20,000 nucleotides of DNA from Chiloscyllium plagiosum (taxonomy: Eukaryota). The DNA is taken from NCBI RefSeq assembly GCF_004010195.1, contig NC_057719.1:35452580-35472579 (forward strand), in the 5' to 3' direction. Each line of letters begins with the position of its first letter. The first letter of the stretch is position 1. The translations under genes and the position numbers were made by a program. The notes beneath the pieces are model-generated. The model did not search any database, had not been told where the DNA came from, and saw only the letters and a program-made list of their open reading frames with translations. This document shows positions 1 through 9,879 of the stretch, piece after piece.

Positions 1-700
1 AAGGTAGAAGACGGAGGGTGGTGGTGGAGGGTTGCCTTTCAGACTGGAGGCCAGCAACCAGTGGTGTGCCACAAGGATTGATGCTGGGTCCACAGCTTTT
101 CGTCATGTTTATAAATGATTTGGATGTGAACAAAGGACGTATAGTTAGTAAGTTTGCAGATGACACCAAAATTGGAGGTGTATTGGATAGCGAAGAAGGT
201 TACCTCACAGTACAACAGGATCTTGATCAGATGGACCAATGGACGGAGGAGTGGAAGATGGACTTTAATTTAGATAAATATGAGGTGCTACATTTTGGAA
301 AGGCAAATCAGAGTAGGGCTGAGTGGTGACCTTATCATGGTTTATAAAATCACGAGGGGCTTGAGTAGGGTAAATAGACAAGGTTGTTTCTCGTGGGGTG
401 GGGGAGTCCAGAACTAGAGGGCATAGGTTTGGGATAAGAGAGGAAAAATTTAAAATCAACCTCAGGGGCAACATTTTCTTGCAGAGGATGGTGCGTGTAT
501 GGAATGAGCTGCCAGAGGAAGTGGTGGAGGCTGGTACAATTACAACATTTAAGGGCATCTGGATGGGTATATGAATGGGAAGGGTTTAGAGGGATATGGG
601 CCAAGTGTTGGTAAATGGGACTAGATTAGGTTAGGACATCTGGTCGACATGGACGAGTTGGACCTAAGCGTCAGTTTCCGTGCTGTACATCTCGATGATG
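1..700 (+). mobile_element. CR1-clade LINE, 3' fragment (RT C-terminus + 3' UTR) with internal deletion
   Basis: ORF 18..329 contains GVPQGxxLGP...FINDLD...KFADDTK. At about 317 it jumps from HFGKANQ to the (R)L(R)GDL motif region. The 3' UTR ends in gtttccgtgctgtacatctc and matches the minus-strand copy at 19066-19672. Confidence 0.92.
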
Positions 701-718
701 CTATTCAGTACTTTATTG

Positions 719-1172
719 CTAAACTAGGGTTGCTTGATTGCACCATTGATGAAACTTGCATAACTTTACTGATGATTGAAGGTGTACTGATGGAGTAATA
801 ATTGGCTGGTTGGATTTGTCCTGCATGTTGTGTGCAAGATGTATCTGAGCAAGGTTCCACATAGATGGATAGATGCAAATGGTGTAGCTGTGTTGGAACA
901 GCTTGGCTAGGGGCTCTGGAACAAATTTCTTCAATGCTATTGCCACGTCAGGGCCATAGCCTTTCGCACTATCCAGAGCCTTAAGCCATATCTTGATGTC
1001 ACAAGGAGTAAAATCCACTTTGCTGAAGAATGGTATCCTGTGTTGCTGGGGTTCTCTGGAGGATGGCAAATGGATCATCTACTTGGCACTTTTACCTGAA
1101 GACTTGCAAATAATTCAGCCTCGTCTTTTACAATGATATGGTCAGTTCTGTCATTGAGAATGGAGATATTTA
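719..1172 (-). mobile_element. Old CR1/L2-like LINE ORF2 fragment, left part (split by the ERV)
   Basis: Minus ORF 719..1078 (LKALDSAKGYGPD...PLAKLFQHSY...YPSMWNLAQI...KSNQP) resembles the non-LTR RT N-terminal motifs KAxGPD and WKxAxV...NYRPIS. Confidence 0.75.
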
Positions 1173-1858
1173 TGAGGATCTGAAACCTGAATACAGGCTG
1201 ATGTAACTAGTTGCTGTCAGGAACAACAACTTAACAGATGCTCTTAATAACTTAAGCGGAAATAAAGTGGCTTCTTGATGCAAATAACGACAAAATGGCT
1301 TTTAGGCTGCAAATTGACAATTCTGCCAATGCTATAAAATGGCTTTTAAGTTACTAACTGCTAATTCTGCTACAGCTGCATAATTGACTAACCACAGTCT
1401 GCTTCAATAGAGATTAGCAAACAATGCTCCATTTACAGCATAGAAATAACTAGACAAGACATTACTAGCCATCCTAACTGACCTTCAGATGCAGGTGCAA
1501 TGGTTCGGTTAGTGAGATAGGGGTGGCCTGAATGTTGGAAAACAAAGTTGGTTCCCAGGAAATATCATTGGACCAAATAACTGTCAAATAAAGCAGTATC
1601 GTGTATTGATTGGTAATTGTCTGAATGTACTATCGATCATGGCCTGTACCTTTCTTTAAGAAAAGTATAAAAATGTCTTTGTTTTAAGCCATGTACGCAG
1701 CTCCTCTGAGCATGGAAGTGCATATCCTCTGTGTTTCTGAATGATCTGTGCCCGGCCGTATGAAAAATAAAGAGTGAAGTCTTAAAAGCAAGACCGATTG
1801 CAAGTGTTTATTGACCGATCGCGGAACCGAGAGGCTCTGCTAGGGATCCAGATCTTCA
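1173..1858 (+). repeat. 5' LTR (686 bp)
   Basis: TG...CA ends with a 9/10 inverted repeat. ATTGG at 1567 and 1609, TATAAAA at 1666-1672, AATAAA at 1766-1771. The PBS follows 2 nt downstream. Confidence 0.9.
1292..1370 (+). repeat. 44-bp-period direct repeat in U3 (enhancer-like)
   Basis: AAAATGGCTTTTA at 1292 and 1336; AATTCTGC at 1319 and 1363. Both pairs are 44 bp apart. Confidence 0.7.
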
Positions 1859-1860
1859 TC

Positions 1861-1878
1861 TGATGACGTGACTCGGAT
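1861..1878 (+). promoter_or_regulatory. Primer-binding site complementary to tRNA-His
   Basis: TGATGACGTGACTCGGAT matches 16/18 of TGGTGCCGTGACTCGGAT, the reverse complement of the vertebrate tRNA-His(GUG) 3' end including CCA. Confidence 0.88.
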
Positions 1879-2441
1879 TTGGTACAGATGGGTTGTGAAC
1901 AGCAGTGTAAGAGCCTTGAGTCCTCCAATATTGAGTGTAGAAGAATCGGCCGGCCAGACGTGAGTATTTTCTCCGTTTGGTTTTTCTCGCATTCAAGTCG
2001 CGGTTGACTCGACCTCTTACTGTCTATCATCTAAGTCCAACCTAAAAAGGATCGGTCCTGGTAAGAATTCATTAGAGAAAAGGAGTCGGGGATTCCCACT
2101 AACAGGTCGGGGACCTGCGGATCTGAACAGAGTCGGGGACTCTTTAAAAAAAGGAGTTGGGATCACCAGGGAGTTGGGGACTCCACTAACAGGTTGGGGA
2201 CTTGAATAAGGAAGTACTTCAAATGAACCAGGGACTTATATTCGGTCGAATTGGTGTTGTCTAAATTGCTTTCCGAATTGTTCTGTGAAAGACGAAATAA
2301 GGAAGTATTGCGATACATTAAACGAGACGATCAAGGGTTTTGGAAAGTTGAGAAGGGTTTGCGGAAGTTTTGTTGTTTGTTGTTGGGTTGTTGAATGGTG
2401 AAGGTCTTAAATCGGGATTATAAAAGGAAGGTTGTTTTAAT

Positions 2442-3608
2442 ATGGGCAATAATATAGACAAGACGGAAGATCAGTCTTCTTCATTGGTAAAACCATGTGA
2501 AAAGTATCTGGAAAAGTCTGAAAGCCTGCAAAAACTTTCTGGCGCCTTAAATAAGACATTGGGTGATGAGCAGTGGCCACTGGGTGGCCCTAAAAAGTAC
2601 TCAGTTGGTTAAATCAGCCCAGCAATTAATTTGGCGACGAAACCTGGGCTCAAAAACAAAATAATTGATTGGATTGTGGCGGTAATTTTGTTGTGAAAGT
2701 CACAAAGAATCGGTATTGTGTTCATGACAGGATACTGCCACCAAATTGGGAATTGAATTAAGTAATGATGGTACCATGAAATCTATTAAGGTGCTTAAAA
2801 ATGGATGTGCTCAAGTCAAACCTCAACAGAAACAAGAAGTCATCGGTGACTGATCAACAAAAAGAACTGTGCAGTTCGATGGTTGGCCTTGGTTTGGGTG
2901 CGGGAGACAACGAAAATTCAGATTTAGATGATTGCTGTTCCTATCTGCACTTTGCACCACCACCGCCTCCCCCACCTCCACCTAATCCGCAAGCAAATCT
3001 TAATGCACCCCCGGTTATTCCAGTCCCTGCCTCATCGACAAGTCAAGCGCCCCCTGCCCTAACCCCTTTCCAACAGATTATTCAACCTCCTGAGTATCAA
3101 ACTGTTGTTGCTCCTAATTCTCAAATCCCCATTGTTCCCTTGCTGCAGGCCCCTGTCGTTCTCCCACCTGGATTCACCCCGCTATCACCACTTCTTCTCA
3201 TACTCCTCAGATTCCCGTTAGTTCGGCAGCTGCAGCTCGTCCTCAGACATATGCTGCTGCCGTAGCCATACCTCTTCCTCCGGCCCCTCCTCAGTTTCCT
3301 GATCCTGATGCTTGGAACACTCGCAGTCAACTAAAATCAACTTCTCGCTAATCTAAAAAGTCTCACAGTGCCTTGCCTCAACTCGTTCAATAATCAGAAA
3401 CCCCGTTGAGTTCCCCTTCTGAGGACTCGGGAGATGAAATACCCGCTCCGGGCATGTTCCATTCGAGAGAACTGATGAAACCACAGGCTGGCACTGTCGG
3501 TCAAAATGCCACGATCCGTGTTTACTGCCCCTGGAAGCCCCATGAAATTATGTCCATTTTCAGAAATGCACCGGACCACCACAAGGCTCCCCACCAGTTT
3601 GTTGATTT
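2442..3608 (+). pseudogene. gag: Retroviral gag, 5' part (MA, Pro-rich region, start of CA), frameshifted
   Basis: Starts MGNNIDK...EQWPLGG (myristoylation-type MG, WPxxG MA-like motif). Poly-Pro region with PPEY at 3086-3097. CA N-terminal-like VYCPWKPHEIMSIFRNAPDHHKAPHQFVD. Confidence 0.8.
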
Positions 3609-3670
3609 AGACCATAAGACAGAGGAGTGAAAGTAAGGCCACTCGGCCCATCGGGAGTCCACTCCTCCAT

Positions 3671-6500
3671 TTAATCATCGCTGATGGGCATTTCAACTCC
3701 ACTTCCCTGCATTCTCCCCTTAGTCCTAATTCCTCGTGAGGTCAAGAATTTATCAATTTCTGCCTTGAAAACATTTAACATCCTGGCCTCCACTGCTCTC
3801 CGTGGCAATGAATTCCACAGGCCCACCATTGTCTGGCTGAAGAAACGTCTCCTCATTTCTGTTCTAAATTGACCCCCTCTAATTATAAGGCTGTGTCCAC
3901 GGGTCCTAATCTCCCCACCTAATGGAAACGACTTCCCAGAGTCCACCCTTTCTAAGCCATGCATTATCTTGTAAGTTTCTATTAGAGTTTAGAAGGTTGA
4001 GGGGAGATCTAACGAATACAATCCCCAAATCCTTAGCTGTTCATCGTATATTAGGCCTACCATTCCAGGGATCATCCATGTGAATCTCAGCTGGACACGC
4101 TCCAGTGCCAATATGTCCTTCCTGAGATGTGAGGCCCAAACTTGGACACAGTATTCTAAATGGGGCCTAACTAAAGCTTTATAAAGTCTCAGAAGCACAT
4201 CGCTGCTTTTATATTCCAACCCTTTTGAGATAAATGACAACATTACATTTGTTTTCTTAACCACAGACTCAACCTGCAAGTCAACCTTTAGAGAATCCTG
4301 GACTAGCACTCCCAGATCCCTTTGTATTTTGGCTTTATGAATTTTCTCACAGTTTAGAAAATAGTCCATGCATGTATTCTTTTTTTCCAAAGTGCAAGAC
4401 CTCGCATTTGCTCACGTTGAATTTCATCAGCCATTTCCTGGACCACTCTCCTAAATTGTCTAAATCTTTCTGCTGCCTCCCCACCTCCTCAGTACTACCT
4501 GCCTGTCCGCCTAACTTCATATCATCGGCAAACTTCACCAGAATGCCCCCAGTCCCTTCATCCAGATCACCCAGATATATAAAACGAACAGCTGCGGCCC
4601 CAACACTGAACTCTGCGGGACACCACTTGTCACCAGCTGCCATTCTGAAAAAGAACCTTTTATCCCAACTCTCTGCCTTCTGTCAGACAGCCAACCTTCA
4701 AACCATGCCAGTAGCTCACCTCAAACACCATGGGCCCTCACCTTACTCAGCAGCCTCCTGTGAGGCACGTTATCAAAGGCCTTTTGGAAGTCTAGATAGA
4801 TAACATTCACTGGGTTTCCCTAGTGTAACCTACTTGTTACCTCTTCAAGGAATTCTAACAGGTTTGTCAGGCACGACCTCTCCTTACTAAATCCATGCTG
4901 ACTTGTTCTAATCCGACCCTGCACTTCCAAGAATTTAGAAATCTCATCCTTAACGATGGATTCTAGAATTTTACTGACAACTGAGGTTAGGCTAATCGGC
5001 CTATAATTTTCCATTTTTTATCTTGATCCTTTCTTGAGCAAGGGGGTTACAATAGCGATTTTCCAATCATCTGGGACTTTCCCTGACTCCAGTGATTTTT
5101 GAAAGATCATAACGAATGCTTCCGCTATTTCCTCAGCCATCTCTCTCAGAACTCGAGGATGTAGCCCATCGGGGCCAGGAGATTTATCAATTTTTAGAAC
5201 TTTTCAATTTTCTACCACTTCCTCGTTTGTAATGCCTACCATACTCAACTCTGCCCTGACTCTCCTTAAATATTGGGATATTACTCATGTCTTCCACAGT
5301 GAAGTCAGACACAAAGTACCTATTAAGTTCTTCAGCTATTTCCTTATCTCCCAGCACTAGCCTTCCAGCATCAATTTGGAGTGGCCCAATATCTACTTTT
5401 GCCTCTCATTTCTTATGTATTGAAATAAACTTTTACTATAATTTCTAATATTACTGGCTAGCCTACCTTCATATTTGATCATTCCTTCTTTATTTCTCTC
5501 TTTGTTTTCCTCTGTTTGTTTTTGTAGTCTTCCCAATCTTCTGATTTCCCAGTGCTCGGGGCCACTTTTTAGGCTCTCTCTTTCTCTTTGAAGCATTTCC
5601 TGACTTTCTTTGTCAGCCATGGCTGTGTAATCCCTCCCCCCACCCTCACCGGATAATCTTTCTTTTCTTTGTGATAAATCTTATACTGTGTCCTCAATTA
5701 CACCCAGAGGCTCCTGCCATTGATGCTGTACTGTCTTCCCCACTCGGTTCTGCTTCCAGTCTATTTTCGTCAGTTCCTCTCTCATGCCCCCTGTAATTAC
5801 CTTTATTTAACTGTAACACCATTGCATCCGATTTTGCTTTCTCTCTTTCAAACTGCAGACTGAACTCTATTATGATCATTGCCTCCTAAGTGTTCCCTTA
5901 CTTTAAGAGCTTTTATAAAGTCTGGCTCATTACATAGCACTAAGTCCAGAATCATCTGCCCCCTTGTGGGCTCCATGACAAGCTGTTCCAAAAAGCCATC
6001 CTGTAAGCATTCCGTGAATTCCCTTTCTTTGGATCCACCGGCAGCATTATTCACCCAGTCCAATTACATATTGAAGTCTCCCATGATCACTGTGACCTTG
6101 CCTTTCTGACATGCCCTATTTCCTGGTACATGTTGTGCCCCTGATCCTGACCACTGCTGGGAGGTCTGTACACAACTCCCATTATGGTTTTTTGGCCTTT
6201 GTCATTCCTCAACTCCATCCGCACAGACTCTACATCATCTGACCCTATGTCATTCAGTGACATAGATTTCATTTCATTCTTAACTAACAAGGCAACCCCA
6301 CCCCCTGTGCCCACCTCCCTGTCTTCTCGATAAGTTGTAAAACCTTGGATGTTTAACTGCCAGTCCTGAACTCCCTGCAACCATGTCTCTGTGATGCCTA
6401 CCATATCATAATCATTCTCAATGATTTGTGCTGTTAATTCATCTACTTTGTTATCAATATTACGAGCATTCAGGTAAAGTGCCTTAATGCTAATTTTCTT
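3671..6500 (-). pseudogene. CR1 ORF2: APE endonuclease + reverse transcriptase, disrupted
   Basis: [57 protein letters not shown] (about 4521-4532), LVRPHLEYCVQVW, TRGHS. Multiple stops and frameshifts. The start coordinate is approximate. Confidence 0.95.
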
Positions 6501-6669
6501 ATCCTCATGATTTCCAACATTTCTAATAATATGTCCTCAGTTATCCTTCCATTTTATTTCATTCCTAGTCTGCCTTGAACTTAAACCCTGCACACATGCT
6601 AACCTGCTGCTTATCTTTCTACTTGACTCCATACTCCCTGTTGCTTTCCCTTTTCCTTCCCTCGTCTCA

Positions 6670-7625
6670 GAAGTATAAAGTCCTAGTGACTATCCTATTT
6701 ATCCTTTTTGCCAGAACACTGGTTCCAGATCAGTTCAGGTGGAAACTGTCCCATCGGTACAGATCGACCCAGTTCCTAAACTGATGCCAATGTCCCATGA
6801 AATGGAATCCCTCTTTCCCACACCAATTTCTTAGCCGCGTGTTTTCTTCCATAATTTTCTTATTCCTATTCCAATTAGTACGTGGCTCGGGCAGTAATCC
6901 AGAGATTATGACTCTTGAGGACCTGTTCTTCAATTTCCTTCCTAGTGCTTGATACTCCCCAAGTAGGTCCTCCTTCCTAGCCTTACCTATGTTGTTAGTG
7001 CCAATTGGACCACAGCAACTGGATCTTCTCCCTCCTGCTCCAATATCCTTACAAGCCAGTCGGATATGTCCTGCACCCTGGCACTGGATAGGCAACACAC
7101 CATGCGGGACTCCTGATCCAGCTCACAAAGGATATTATCTGTCCCCCTAATTATAGAATCCCCTATAACAACTACTTGTCTTTTTGCTCCACCCTCTTGA
7201 ATGGCTTTCTGTACTGTGGTGCTGTGGTCAGCTGGCTCATCCTGTCCACAGCCCTTTTCTTCATCCATACAGGGAGCAAAATTCTCATACCTGTTGGACA
7301 AGGTCAAGGGCTGAGGCTCCTCCATTTCTGAACTCAAAATCCCCCTACCTGCCTCACTTGCAGTCACATCCTGTTGCTCCTGATTACTAACTGAATTTGA
7401 ATTATTTAATCTACCGTGTGTGACTGCCTCCTGAAGCAAAGCGTCCAGGTAACTCTCCCCCTCCCGGATGTACAGCAGTGTTTGAAGCTCAGATTCCAAA
7501 TCATCAACTCTGAGCCAGAGTTCTTTCAGCAACCAACAATTGCTGCAGATGTGGTCACTGCCGTTCACAATGGGATCAGCCAGCTCCCAAATCATACAGC
7601 TACAGTACATCACATGTCCAACCAC
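6670..7625 (-). pseudogene. CR1 ORF1: Cys/His zinc-finger-like N-terminus, coiled coil, SGNH/GDSL esterase
   Basis: CSC...HICSNC, then LRVDDLESELQTL, then esterase blocks VIGDSIIR, IGTNN, VIISGLLP and DSFHLN, spread over frameshifted ORFs 6987..7625 and 6730..7098. Confidence 0.88.
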
Positions 7626-7966
7626 ATCTACTTATTTAATTTATACAAGTTTATGAGTTAAATAATTTCTAGTACTTCTCTATGGTCTTATTTAGCTAAC
7701 TAAATAGTAGTAAACTTTCAATCAATCACACGTTACACATGAAATATTAATTGAAATGCCTAACCTTAGCAACACACGAGAGTCCTTTTTTTTTGGTTAT
7801 AGGAGGAGGGCGGGTGGGAGACACTACATGTGTAGTATCTTGGGATTCAGCCATTGCCCAAATATATACCCAGCAGTCCTCTGCACCTCGCTGTGGCCTC
7901 TCCCTCTGCTGCTCCTTTAAAAGCCTCACTTACCCAGCAGTTCCGTGTCCGTTCCTGCTCCACCAG

Positions 7967-8163
7967 GGTAAGTTTTTATATTTTAAAGTTACCTTCCCGT
8001 CGGGACTCCGGTCTTCGTTGTCACTCCTCCCACTCCAACTGCATCCGAAAAAATAAAGAACACTGAACTCCCGAGGTAAGTTTTTATGTTTTAAAGTTAC
8101 CTTCCCGTCAGGCCTCTGGTCCTCGCTGTTGTTGCACCCACTCCAACTGCAGCTGAGAAAATT
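7967..8163 (-). repeat. Tandem 108-bp monomers at the LINE 5' end (about 1.8 copies)
   Basis: GGTAAGTTTTTAT(A/G)TTTTAAAGTTACCTTCCCGTC...CCCACTCCAACTGCA begins at both 7967 and 8075 on the plus strand. Confidence 0.85.
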
Positions 8164-8167
8164 ATTT

Positions 8168-8717
8168 CCTAAACACCATGATTAAAGCTTATGATGGCAC
8201 TGCCCAAGACCTTTTGACCCTTATTCAACAGATCCTTACCCTCACTGAATATGCCCATTTCACTGAACACCTTGGTTATAATGATTTTGCTGCCCTCACC
8301 AACACCATGGCTCAGGATCTGTAGTGACAGGATGATATCCTTGCTGCTACATCCGCCATACTGGCAAAACCTATTGATCTTACTCGTATCGTTGAACTTC
8401 GCCCTAAAAGTAAGGAATCTGCTGAAGACTTTCTTGAATGCTTCTGAGAATGTTATGAGTCCTATTCTGAGGATCGAGTGTTGAATTTCCATGTTGTCAA
8501 TTCTAAATATGACTCTGTGTTATTGAACAGTCTGCCGCTCTCTGTTGCCACTGCATTCAAGACAAATAACCTGGACTGGGTCAATGCTAATCCCAATCAA
8601 CTCCAACATTCCGTTAAGGCTTTGTGGAAACATCAGAGCAAAGACAAGGCACCGACCCACGTAAAGTCAGAATCTGTTGTCCAGGAAGAGACTGCTCAAT
8701 AATTACCTATGCGTTGC
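8168..8717 (+). pseudogene. gag: Retroviral gag, 3' part (capsid with major homology region), truncated before NC
   Basis: One frame reads LNTMIKAYDGTAQDLLTLIQQILT...KPIDLTRIVELRPKSKESAEDFLECF*ECYESYS, aligning with MLV CA ([51 protein letters not shown]). Stops at 8322, 8325, 8445 and 8700. Confidence 0.85.
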
Positions 8718-9325
8718 AGTAGCTTCTTGATGCAAATAACATGACAAAATGGCTTCACGGCTGCAAATTGACAATTCTGCTTCATCTGCATAAAATAGTT
8801 TTTAAGTTACGAACTGCTAATTCTGCTATTGCTGCATAATTGAATAATCACAGTCTGCTTCAATAGAGATTAGTAGACAATACTCCCTTTACAGCATAGA
8901 AATAACTAGACTAGATAAGACATTACTGGCCTTCCTAATTAACCTTCCGATGCAGGTGCAATGGCTCGGTTAGTGAGAGAAGGGTGGCTTGAGTGTTGGA
9001 AAACAAAGTTGGTTCTCAGGAAATATCATTGGACCAAATAACTGTCAAATAAAGGATCGTGTATCGTGTATTGATTGGTAATTGTCTGAATGTACTATTG
9101 ATCATGGCCTGTACCTTTCTTTAAGAAAAGTATAAAAATGTCTTTGTTTTAAGCCATGTACACAGCTCCTCTGAGAAACATGCAAGTGTATAATCTCTCT
9201 GTTTCTGGACGCTCTGTGCTGGTCATATGAAAAATGAAGAGTGACGTTTTAAAAGCCAGACCGATTGCGAGTGTTTATTGACTGTTCATGGAACCTAGAG
9301 ACCCCGCCGAAGGTCCAGATCTTTG
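8718..9325 (+). repeat. 3' LTR lacking the first ~93 bp of U3
   Basis: Aligns to 1266-1858 at roughly 90% identity by eye. Ends CAGATCTTTG followed by TTTA. Confidence 0.9.
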
Positions 9326-9329
9326 TTTA

Positions 9330-9420
9330 TAGAAACTTGTTCTTCATTGAGTTGTTTAATTTTTCACCACTATTTATGACTGGATGTAGCAGAACTGCAG
9401 GGAGCAAATCTGATTTGTAG
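9330..9420 (-). mobile_element. Continuation of the old LINE fragment split by the ERV
   Basis: Joining across the TSD gives gatattta|tagaaacttgttcttcattgagttgtttaatt...gactggatgtagcagaactgcag, which I recognise as contiguous sequence of this repeat. The family match is from memory. Confidence 0.6.
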
Positions 9421-9879
9421 CTTCTGCTATTCATTTTAAAATCAAATATCATTGCATAATTCTCTTCTGGTTGTACTGTAATATACCCAAATACCCCTGC
9501 ACTGGATTTTCCACTTTTGAGGTCTGCAGTTTCACTTGCACTTGACAATGTTAAATGATCTTCACCATTACAGTTCATTTTTACTAACCCAGCTTATTAC
9601 TGGGCACCCCTCACATCCTCACTAGCCACCTTGCCCTTTTATATTATCAGCAAAGTTAGGACATTTACCTCAGTGCTCTGACTGAAATCATCTTTACATT
9701 TTAAAGCACAGAGAGGCTGACGGTTTCGCCTTAGTGCAAGCCCATTCAGAAGCAATCTGCTTCTATATTCCTGCAGACATTACAATTAAAACAAAATTGC
9801 AGGTATTTTAAGTTGCAATAAACTGCCTTATGAGGAGGTGGTCTGTTAACATAAAACAGCAATATAAGCCAAGGTGTCT

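Larger units (their letters stand above)
3609..8163 (-). mobile_element. Near full-length CR1 LINE inserted antisense into gag
   Basis: 3' tail (cttatggtct on the minus strand) at 3609, followed by ORF2, ORF1 and 5' UTR. Flanked by ATTT at 3605-3608 and 8164-8167, and removing it restores the gag frame. Confidence 0.95.
1173..9325 (+). mobile_element. Defective endogenous retrovirus (class I, gamma/epsilon-like provirus)
   Basis: Direct repeats 1266-1858 and 8718-9325, termini TGAGGATCTG...CAGATCTTCA, TTTA at both 1169-1172 and 9326-9329, PBS at 1861-1878, and gag with an MHR. Confidence 0.9.

Noticed and set aside
2080..2202. CRISPR-like repeat array
   Set aside because: The repeats are short and irregular with no unique spacers, in a eukaryotic retroviral leader.
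2801..3265. Poly-proline ORF as a cellular formin/WASP-like gene
   Set aside because: It lies between MA-like and CA-like sequence within LTRs and carries PPxY, so it is part of gag.
4372..4803. Plus-strand ORFs over LINEs and SINEs (also 19301..19687, 265..558 minus, 11453..11722 minus)
   Set aside because: These are antisense shadows of repeat sequence with no independent coding evidence.
8700..8702. TAA as the natural gag stop or gag-pol readthrough site
   Set aside because: No nucleocapsid precedes it and no protease follows. It is more likely a decay stop 15 bp before the deletion junction.
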